From IMG/VR virus record IMGVR_UViG_3300026382_000001: 64,000 bases of DNA. One strand, 5' to 3'. The notes under the pieces are model-generated. The model saw only the letters and a list, made by a program, of their open reading frames with translations, was not told where the DNA came from and made no database searches. This DNA comes from a virus. Lineage: Duplodnaviria; Heunggongvirae; Uroviricota; Caudoviricetes. Of the stretch, positions 50,078 through 58,110 are shown one piece after another; positions within the stretch are counted from its first letter, which is position 1; every line of letters starts with the position of its first letter. The position numbers were made by a program, and so were the translations under genes.

Positions 50078-51241
50078 TTACTTAGAATATCTTTCGATAT
50101 CTTTTGTTAAATCTACTTCTTCGCTATCTAATGATAATCCCGTATGACTCGCTTTCAATGTTATATTTACTAAACTTTCCGCTAACGATGCGACAGACAT
50201 TTGACCAACTTTACTTCCTGGATACAATTTTAAATCCTCTACTGCTTTAGGATTATAACAAGTTTTACAAATACCATCTCGAGCCTGACAATAAAGAGGG
50301 CTTCTTAATTTAACGTTTTTACCTAAATAACTTTCGTCCTCATGATCTATAGTATTACCATTATCAAGAATCCTACCTTTAAGATTAAATAAGATTTTTT
50401 TACCATCTTTACCTTTTGGTATTTTAAATTCAAAATATTTTTTAGTACCACAGTCATTTAATTTAGATAAGTTCAGTGTTTCCATAATAGTATAAAGTTG
50501 TCTAATTAAATAACCAGGTTTAGCAGTATTCATTGATTTAGAATATAATGATACAATACCTTGAGAACTATAATTAAAGAATTGAGTTTTATCTAATCCT
50601 TCCGAATGAGCTTTAAGAATAACATCATTAATTTCTCCTTTAGCATTGATACTTAAACCAACTCCTAAAAGAAGTTTACGTATATCAGATACCGAACCTT
50701 TTGAACCAGAATCGATTAAATCGGAGACAGATATATTATTTTTACGAAAATATTCCATAACTTTTTCAGCAAGTTTATCTAATTCTTTATTGGCCTTAAT
50801 AATATCTTTTTCTTTTTTAGGAGAATTTTCATATTGTAATTTAATACGTTCTTTTTCTTTTTTAAATTCTTCTGGAAGTATCATACTCTCTGGAGAAAAG
50901 GAACTAGGTTTTAAAGTACTTAAAAAGAATCCAATTTCATAAACTAATTGATATTTCCAAATAAAAACGTCATCTTCAAAAACATCAAACATATCAGCAT
51001 ACAATTTTCCAATATTATCTTTATTTAAAGGAAATTTAATTTTAACTTTATTTTCGAGAACTTCGTTAAGCATTTTACGTACCAATTCTTTATCTAAGAA
51101 TCCATTCTTTTTAATACTTTCAAGTATTTCTTTTCTAAATATATCTTTAGTTTTAAAAAACCATTCTGGTGGTCTAAAAGCATTTGGTATAATTATTTTA
51201 GAGTTATATAATCTTGTACTATTTTCTATATTAATTGCCAT
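50078..51241 (-). CDS. rpoC: RNA polymerase beta' subunit, C-terminal piece (bridge helix, Zn site, trigger loop)
   Basis: IDSGSKGS, EGLDKTQFF, NTAKPGYLIRQL, DCGT, RSPLYC..GICKTCY, SLAESLVNITLKASHTG. Confidence 0.9.
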   Translation of the reverse strand: MAINIENSTRLYNSKIIIPNAFRPPEWFFKTKDIFRKEILESIKKNGFLDKELVRKMLNEVLENKVKIKFPLNKDNIGKLYADMFDVFEDDVFIWKYQLVYEIGFFLSTLKPSSFSPESMILPEEFKKEKERIKLQYENSPKKEKDIIKANKELDKLAEKVMEYFRKNNISVSDLIDSGSKGSVSDIRKLLLGVGLSINAKGEINDVILKAHSEGLDKTQFFNYSSQGIVSLYSKSMNTAKPGYLIRQLYTIMETLNLSKLNDCGTKKYFEFKIPKGKDGKKILFNLKGRILDNGNTIDHEDESYLGKNVKLRSPLYCQARDGICKTCYNPKAVEDLKLYPGSKVGQMSVASLAESLVNITLKASHTGLSLDSEEVDLTKDIERYSK

Positions 51242-52680
51242 TATATTCTCCTAATTCCAGCAGTTGCCATAAACGCTTCAAAATCATCTTCGTTAATTAT
51301 TTTTGAAGAATTCATTTTTAAATTTTGTACTAATGAAAAACTATTATATATTTTTTGCACTTTATTTTTAGAACCAGTAGTATCATTTGGTAATGATACT
51401 ATAAAATCATCATTTTCCAAAATAATATTATTTTGAGCAGCCTCGGATAAATCATCTTTAATAATATAATTACTAGAGAAGCTATCTCCACCGATTGGAG
51501 CATAAATTAAACTAGGTACTATAAGTTGGTACTGTACTCCAGTTAGTATTAATGGTTTAAAAGCCCACCAAGATACTGGAGTCCAACCAGGATCCCTTTT
51601 AGTAATTACCCTAATTTCTGAATTATCATTAAATATATCGGTAAGTAACTGAATCCATAATTCTTCGTGATGTGGATAAGTATTTAAGTACTCTTCTGTA
51701 TTTCTATAAATATATTCTAATTGTTTTCCAATATCATCTATAAGTAATTCTTTCATTCCTAATTTTTTAGAAACTTCCTCATATTCTGGTTTATTTAAAT
51801 AAGCTATTACAAAAACATCAAACATTATTAAAAGACCTTGCCAAGGAAAAGCGGCACTATCAGCTGGAATATCTGGCTGAGCATTTGCAACATATCTAGC
51901 TACATTATCAACACGCTTACCAAACAGAGAGGCATTAAAGAAACCATCTTTAGAATTTAATTTATCTAAAAAATATTCATAAAGTGTTTGAATATATCTT
52001 TGAACATATTCTTTTTTAGAAGTATTTTTATAAATACTTTGAATTACTTGTTCGAATTCATTTTGTTCATTTTTATCTAAATCTTTAATCCAATCCTTAC
52101 TTTCATTAATATTTACAATTTTTTTATAAATATCCGTAATTTCATCTTCTTCTACCATTCCATGTTTATTAGAATAATTTCTATATCCTATTGGAATTAC
52201 TGGTATTTTATCTATAATAATTAATTTTTTATCTTGTTGTAATAAATCAACAAAGTCTTTATTTTTATCATTTTTGTATTTATTAAAGTTAATCTTGTCC
52301 CAATTATTAATAAGAAAACTAACACCGTTTCCTCCAGAAGAACCTTTAGAAGCATCAGCATCTTCTAATACTCCATTGACAATATTACATTTAATTGCTT
52401 TATTAACACATTTGTTAAATAATCCTCCGAGGGAACCTATATTTTTATATACGAATGGGTGAAGAACTGGTTCCTCTAATTTTATATAAGCAAATTGATC
52501 AAAAATTTCTCTTGAACTAAAACCGAATATACTGGCATCGTAAAAACTTCCAGAATTTGGAATTAATTCATTATTAGCATCTCTTGTAAATGTTTTAGCT
52601 GTTTTTATAGCTCTGGTTTGATTTGGACCAGATTCCGGAGAGTTTACAAACTTCTCCATATTTAATAATTTCATTGGCAT
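51241..52680 (-). CDS. rpoC: RNA polymerase beta' subunit, N-terminal piece (399 aa ending GGD) fused to 80-aa putative N-intein
   Basis: SFYDASIFG, AYIKLEEPVLHP, IPVIPIGYR, LFGKRVD..AR, KRDP, LIYAPIGGD; homology stops in the middle of the NADFDGD-equivalent motif. Confidence 0.88.
   Translation of the reverse strand: MPMKLLNMEKFVNSPESGPNQTRAIKTAKTFTRDANNELIPNSGSFYDASIFGFSSREIFDQFAYIKLEEPVLHPFVYKNIGSLGGLFNKCVNKAIKCNIVNGVLEDADASKGSSGGNGVSFLINNWDKINFNKYKNDKNKDFVDLLQQDKKLIIIDKIPVIPIGYRNYSNKHGMVEEDEITDIYKKIVNINESKDWIKDLDKNEQNEFEQVIQSIYKNTSKKEYVQRYIQTLYEYFLDKLNSKDGFFNASLFGKRVDNVARYVANAQPDIPADSAAFPWQGLLIMFDVFVIAYLNKPEYEEVSKKLGMKELLIDDIGKQLEYIYRNTEEYLNTYPHHEELWIQLLTDIFNDNSEIRVITKRDPGWTPVSWWAFKPLILTGVQYQLIVPSLIYAPIGGDSFSSNYIIKDDLSEAAQNNIILENDDFIVSLPNDTTGSKNKVQKIYNSFSLVQNLKMNSSKIINEDDFEAFMATAGIRRI
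51244..51483 (-). mobile_element. Putative split intein N-fragment (80 aa)
   Basis: Begins SFSSNYII (block A-like, Ser1) immediately after GGD; LENDDFIVSLPNDTTG..KVQKIY resembles early Hint-domain strands. Confidence 0.65.
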
Positions 52681-52706
52681 TGGATTGTTTCCTTTTGTAT
52701 TTTCTT

Positions 52707-53603
52707 TTATTTAGAAGCTAAATATTTAGTATAATTATAATTATTTTCATTTTCCGGACGAATATGAATATCTTTGATAGGTGTTTTAAAAACACTAGTA
52801 GCATTTCGAATCGTTTGGGCATCTGGATTAGTATGATGCATTTTATAATAATTCTGTTTTAATTGAGCGTCGGTATCACCTTCTGGTATATTATGAAATT
52901 GATATTTTCCATTACCTTGTCCAATTTGATGAGCTAGAGATAAATTGGTCATTTCTGGTCTACTTAATTTAGATACATCTACATCGCTAACATATTTACC
53001 AAGTTCTTTATTATAATGTAAATTTTTGGTTGCATTCTCTACCCACGGCATAGTTTCTTTATGAAGTACTCCATCACGTAATCCACGTTTTAAATCAGTC
53101 GTAGCAGTATCATTTGTAAATTGATACAACCCTTGAGCAGTGGTTGGTTTAACTCCATTTATAGGAATATTTCCACCATGTGTGTATCCAGAATTTTCAG
53201 TTTGTCCTAATCGAACCTGCCAATCATGTGTATTTTGAACGCCTTGCTCTAAAGTTCCTTTACTTATTCGAAATGGTTGATTATGTAAACCAACGTCTCC
53301 GTTCATACCATTTCGAATAATTTCTACCGAATCATTATCGAAGTATGGATAACGTTCTGGAATTACGTTATTTTCTGGATGATCTGCACTCGGAATAGGT
53401 TTAATTGGTGGAAATGGTTCTCCTTGAATATCTGGATCTTTATCAAGTATTCTTTCATTTTGAATATAATGTTTTAACGGAGTTCCAGCTTTTTTAACTT
53501 TTTCAAAAGCGGCATCATTATCAACATCATTCTCAGACCAATGGTCCATCATGTATTGCATATAATCTTCTAATAATAATTTTTTATTTAATTCTAATTT
53601 CAT
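52707..53603 (-). CDS. Protein with lysozyme/lytic transglycosylase-like domain
   Basis: QTENSG...TTAQGLYQFTNDT resembles the E-S/N...AxGxxQF motif. Confidence 0.45.
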   Translation of the reverse strand: MKLELNKKLLLEDYMQYMMDHWSENDVDNDAAFEKVKKAGTPLKHYIQNERILDKDPDIQGEPFPPIKPIPSADHPENNVIPERYPYFDNDSVEIIRNGMNGDVGLHNQPFRISKGTLEQGVQNTHDWQVRLGQTENSGYTHGGNIPINGVKPTTAQGLYQFTNDTATTDLKRGLRDGVLHKETMPWVENATKNLHYNKELGKYVSDVDVSKLSRPEMTNLSLAHQIGQGNGKYQFHNIPEGDTDAQLKQNYYKMHHTNPDAQTIRNATSVFKTPIKDIHIRPENENNYNYTKYLASK

Positions 53604-53665
53604 TTTAATCTCTTTTGATTTTATATAAGAATTAGTTCTTTTAATTAAAATTTGCTCCTTTAAAA

Positions 53666-53800
53666 TACTTTAAAATAAGTTATTTATTATATAGATATCT
53701 TATAATCAGTAAAGAGTTGAATCATTAGCAAAATGATTTATTTTTATAGCATAATCCTAATGCTGGATATACCTCCGATAAAGGAGAAGAAGGAGTTATT
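53666..53800 (+). promoter_or_regulatory. Bipartite phage promoter plus structured leader, copy 3
   Basis: TACTTTAAAATAA-N11-TATAGATATCTTATAATCAG, then AGCATAATCCTAATGCTGGAT and the CTCC/GGAG hairpin before the RBS. Confidence 0.65.
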
Positions 53801-54037
53801 ATGGCAAGTAATCAAAATATTAAAAATCATAAAAATCATAAAAATGGGAATCGTCCTCAAAGACGAAACCCATATTCGCGATTAAGTGTAATAGCGATAG
53901 CCAATGCTATCGCATTTACTCAAAGTCGTTTGGAGAACGAATATTCTCCAAACGTAGTACGAGCTTACCATCAAGATCTTAGAGATCTTGGTTATGCTCT
54001 TATAGAGATTGCTAATGATGGTTTATACCAAAATTAG
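53801..54037 (+). CDS. Small hypothetical protein with basic N-terminus
   Basis: Has its own promoter, AAGGAG RBS and terminator. Confidence 0.7.
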   Translation: MASNQNIKNHKNHKNGNRPQRRNPYSRLSVIAIANAIAFTQSRLENEYSPNVVRAYHQDLRDLGYALIEIANDGLYQN

Positions 54038-54045
54038 CAATCTCT

Positions 54046-54075
54046 AGGAAAGGATAGATATATCCTTTCCTTTCT
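54046..54075 (+). terminator. Intrinsic terminator
   Basis: AGGAAAGGATA-GATA-TATCCTTTCCT-TTCT. Confidence 0.65.
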
Positions 54076-54116
54076 CTCGACAAAATAAAATAATTTTTAG
54101 AACATTCAGTGGAATT

Positions 54117-54157
54117 AAACGACATGAAAACTATTCATGGTGGTACCATGAATAGTT
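54117..54157 (-). terminator. Hairpin followed by TTTTCATGTCGTTT
   Basis: AACTATTCATGGT/ACCATGAATAGTT stem at 54129-54157, after the primase stop. Confidence 0.7.
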
Positions 54158-54184
54158 AACTATTAATAGTTATCTAGTTTATTA

Positions 54185-57181
54185 TTAATCTATATTTTTT
54201 AATTTTGGAGGTTCCGGAATACTTTGGGAAAGATTATTTTTCTCTTCTTCGTAATGAACTTCTTCCTCTGCTATTAAATTTTCACCTGCGCTTAACGTAT
54301 CTAAAGGATTCATCTTTTTAATTTTAGTTTGAACTCTTTTAATTTTTTTCGTAATTTCTGGAATTTCTTCTAAAATAATATTAGAAGAACTTAGAGATTT
54401 TTCAAGTTTCTTTTTATTAATAACTAAAACAACTTCGCTATTTTTTATTTCAATACTAATTCCAAAAAATTCTAAATTATTATTAGCTAAGAATCTTTGA
54501 ACACTCGTACTTACTTTAAAATTAAGACTTTGTAAATATCTATTAATAAGAGTTAATGAAATATTACCACTCTTTGAAAATTGATCCTTAATTTGATCCA
54601 GTAATTCAAGATTGTTTTTCATCATAATTGGATCAGATACATTTTCATTAAGCTGTAGTCCAATATCTTTCCATTCCCCTTTTAACATTAAAAGTACTAA
54701 TTCCCCAAATGGATGCATTTTAAGTACTTGGGTATAAAAAGTGGCATTCTTAAGATTTGTCATAGCTTTTGGTTTATCTAATTTATTATTTAAAATAATT
54801 GCCCAAAAAGTTTCTAATTCTTCCTTTACATTACTTACGAATTGCTCTATACTTAATCCAAGAGATTCCGTTAATTCTAATAAAGTAATTTCCGAATTAA
54901 AATAAACCATACGTCTATCTGAACTTGGATGTCTTGCTGGTACTTGACCATTACTAAACATCATTATATTTAATTTCTTAGTTTTAGATTGTGTGTCGAC
55001 TCCTTTCTTTTCAATAAGAAGTTTATCGGAACCAGTAATAAGTTTTAATGCATCGTTACTTTTTTGAGTACTAAAATCTCCTTCATCTAGAACCATTAAA
55101 GAACAACTTTCTAAAATACTATTAAAGTTTGACATAAGTCTATCCGTACTAAGAATTTTAGTAAACTCTGAATTTATATACCATTCTAAAATAGTACTTA
55201 CGAATAAGTTTTTACCAGCTCCAGGAACACCAAAGAATACCGGAATAGTTGGGAGTACATAATGATTAGCTGTAGCAGTTAACCAGTTAATAAACCACCC
55301 TAAATCACCTCTTTGTACTAACTGTAATATATATTTATATGTCCAAGGTGTTTTCTCTTTAAGCATAATAATGGTATCGTTTACTTCTAATTGCTCTGGA
55401 AATTCTTCTTTTAAAGTATCGTTAGCCGAATGAGCTTTTTCGTAATTTTTACTTGGTACCCAAAGATTTACAAACTTAATAAAGTTTCTTTGAAAGACAG
55501 TTGGTTTACCTGGTTGAAATTCTTCAAAAGCTTCTATAAGAATTTTTCTTTCAAAAGCTCTAGCAAATTCTTTTTGAAATTCAAAATCAATATCAGTAAC
55601 ATTTAATTGATTACTAAGGACATGATTTGCTAACATTACCATACCATCAAATGAATAAACTTCTCCAGAATCAATATGTCTAATAATACAAGCTCTATTT
55701 TTATTAGCTAATCTATAATAAACATAATCATCCTGATTAATTTTATCAATAAGAACTTCGATTAGTTCATCCATTTCCATTTTTTCAAATTCTTTACGAT
55801 CAGCCTTCTTGAATTTAATTCCGGCTAAATCAGCAATTTTATTAATTGCGTCACCTTTATTAAGTTCATGAACTTTCATAAATGCTTCAACTATACTATA
55901 TGATTGATTATCGTGGAAATCTTCGAATTTTAAAGAATTTTTATAAATTGCCATACTTGGTTTAGTCTCTTCGTGAAATAGACAATTAATTTTCCAATAA
56001 CTACCATGATCTTCGAAATTAACATCTGGGAACAGAGCTGCTAAATTAAAAATACCATCCTGAATCTTTTGTTTAAGATTTTGTACTAATTCGTACTCAA
56101 GTGGATTAGTATTTAAAATATTTAAATTATTTTTATTCTGAGCTAAATCAATTCGCGCATCTTCAGCTAAAATATCTTTTGGAAACATTAAAGCTTGTGT
56201 ATTTTCGCTAAGCTTTTGAAAACTTTTAATAATACCAATATAGTAATCTTCGTAACTTTTCTTTTGAATATCCGTATATCCGCTAGCTAAAATTTCATTA
56301 TCTATCTCAGTAATGATTTTATTGAACTCTAATTTTAAAGGATCTTGATTAAAGAAATCAAATATCCCAGTGGTTCCAATAGTATGGAATGTTGGAATAT
56401 TTCCATACTTTTGGTGAACGATACCAGCAGCTCTTTGAGTATGAGAAATATCTTTAAATGATGCATCAAAATCCATAATAATTTCAGAGAAATTACCCAT
56501 AATATCTTTAACGAGAACTCCAAAAGTTTTCTTACCAAGAATAGCACCAAGTCTATTAAAAATTAACTTTGCATCCCCAGCATATAAATCTTGGTCAAAA
56601 TCAAAAGCTATTTGAATTCCCCCACCAGTTACCATACTGAATGAAGGAATTATTGATTCAAAACCATGTCCTTTCAATAAAGAAAATAATTCTAAATAAC
56701 TTCTAATAATTACCATCTTTTGATAATTTTCTTCTAAAGAATAAACATGAAATCTTTCTTTAGTTCCTTTGATATGTGCATCAATATCAAGTACAATAGT
56801 ATTTAATTTTTTAAAAGTATTGATACTTGGTGCTTTTACATTACCTTTTTCATTAAGGTTTTTTGGATCGTATTCAAAAATTCCGGTACTTATCGAAATA
56901 CCACAATCATGATGAGGCAAAGAAACTATTTTATTTTTTAAATAGTTTATTAAATTATTTGGGTTCTTTAATTGAACATTATCTGTAATTTCAAAATCTT
57001 TTATATTTTCATATTTTCCACGAATCTCTTGTTTAACTTTAGCTTGAAAAACTATTCTAGCTGTTTCATCTTCTTTAAAATCATTAACTTTGAATATTTT
57101 ATTCCAGTAAGTTATGATATCTTGTTCGTTCATAATTTGAGTAAAATTTATTTCTTGATTATTTTGAGGTGCAGATTGCAT
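54185..57181 (-). CDS. Primase-helicase (AEP-like primase, Zn-finger-like segment, D5/SF3-like helicase)
   Basis: IVLDIDAH, VTGGGIQI; CLFHEETKPSM; FFGVPGAGKN, MVLDE, FSN, DRR. Confidence 0.8.
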   Translation of the reverse strand: MQSAPQNNQEINFTQIMNEQDIITYWNKIFKVNDFKEDETARIVFQAKVKQEIRGKYENIKDFEITDNVQLKNPNNLINYLKNKIVSLPHHDCGISISTGIFEYDPKNLNEKGNVKAPSINTFKKLNTIVLDIDAHIKGTKERFHVYSLEENYQKMVIIRSYLELFSLLKGHGFESIIPSFSMVTGGGIQIAFDFDQDLYAGDAKLIFNRLGAILGKKTFGVLVKDIMGNFSEIIMDFDASFKDISHTQRAAGIVHQKYGNIPTFHTIGTTGIFDFFNQDPLKLEFNKIITEIDNEILASGYTDIQKKSYEDYYIGIIKSFQKLSENTQALMFPKDILAEDARIDLAQNKNNLNILNTNPLEYELVQNLKQKIQDGIFNLAALFPDVNFEDHGSYWKINCLFHEETKPSMAIYKNSLKFEDFHDNQSYSIVEAFMKVHELNKGDAINKIADLAGIKFKKADRKEFEKMEMDELIEVLIDKINQDDYVYYRLANKNRACIIRHIDSGEVYSFDGMVMLANHVLSNQLNVTDIDFEFQKEFARAFERKILIEAFEEFQPGKPTVFQRNFIKFVNLWVPSKNYEKAHSANDTLKEEFPEQLEVNDTIIMLKEKTPWTYKYILQLVQRGDLGWFINWLTATANHYVLPTIPVFFGVPGAGKNLFVSTILEWYINSEFTKILSTDRLMSNFNSILESCSLMVLDEGDFSTQKSNDALKLITGSDKLLIEKKGVDTQSKTKKLNIMMFSNGQVPARHPSSDRRMVYFNSEITLLELTESLGLSIEQFVSNVKEELETFWAIILNNKLDKPKAMTNLKNATFYTQVLKMHPFGELVLLMLKGEWKDIGLQLNENVSDPIMMKNNLELLDQIKDQFSKSGNISLTLINRYLQSLNFKVSTSVQRFLANNNLEFFGISIEIKNSEVVLVINKKKLEKSLSSSNIILEEIPEITKKIKRVQTKIKKMNPLDTLSAGENLIAEEEVHYEEEKNNLSQSIPEPPKLKNID

Positions 57182-57213
57182 TATTGTTTTCCTTATCTTA
57201 TTAATATTTATAT

Positions 57214-58101
57214 CTATAATTTGTATTCTAAGAATTCCTCTATATTATTAAAATAATATTGTGGTATTCTTATAAGTTTTATATTGTTCTTTCTACAATA
57301 TTCATTTTTTATAAAATCTCTTTTTTGAATAATTTTAAAAGTTTTTTCTCCGCCAAAATATTTTATTGGTTTAAAATGTTGTTCTCCATCGAATTCAATA
57401 ATTACGTTTAAATTTGGTAAATAAAAATCAAATGGTAAAACTTTTTTAAATTTACAATCTTTAAAAATTTTTTCCTGAATATAATTTATATTATTTTCTT
57501 CTAAATAATTTCTTATTTTATTTTCACCAAACGAATTTTTGCATTTCGGACAACCATTTCCATTTCTATGATTCATCGGCATTTGAAAGAATTTCCCATG
57601 TTCCGGACAGATAATTTCTACTTTAGTCGTAGTATTTTCATATTGTACTTTTGAATAATCGTATTTATTCCCATGAACTTTTCTAAAATCTTTTATAACT
57701 TTATCTAAGTTTTTTCTAGATTTATCATTAGAACATTTTTGACAACCATACGATAAATGTCCATTTGGTTGTTGAAAAAAACTTCCATGTATCGTACAAA
57801 TTATTTCGATCGGTGTTTTGGAATCTTTATAAATTACTTTCGAGTAATCGTATTTATTCCCATGAACATTTTTAAAATCTTCTATAACTTTATCTAAGTT
57901 TTTAAATTTATTAATTTTGGCACATTCTTGACATCCATTTCCATACATATGATCTTTAGCCGTTTGTAAAAATTCGCCATGTATTGGACATATTATAATT
58001 AATTTATTAAAAATTCCAGTATATTTAGATTTTGAATAATTATATTTATCTCCATGTTTATTTATAGAACGTTTTATAAATATTTTAGTATTTAAAGCCA
58101 T
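57214..58101 (-). CDS. Free-standing homing endonuclease (three Zn repeats plus nuclease)
   Basis: Repeats; SFGE...LPFDFYL...IIEFDGEQH...RD..KNEYC. Confidence 0.8.
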   Translation of the reverse strand: MALNTKIFIKRSINKHGDKYNYSKSKYTGIFNKLIIICPIHGEFLQTAKDHMYGNGCQECAKINKFKNLDKVIEDFKNVHGNKYDYSKVIYKDSKTPIEIICTIHGSFFQQPNGHLSYGCQKCSNDKSRKNLDKVIKDFRKVHGNKYDYSKVQYENTTTKVEIICPEHGKFFQMPMNHRNGNGCPKCKNSFGENKIRNYLEENNINYIQEKIFKDCKFKKVLPFDFYLPNLNVIIEFDGEQHFKPIKYFGGEKTFKIIQKRDFIKNEYCRKNNIKLIRIPQYYFNNIEEFLEYKL

Positions 58102-58110
58102 ACCAGTATC

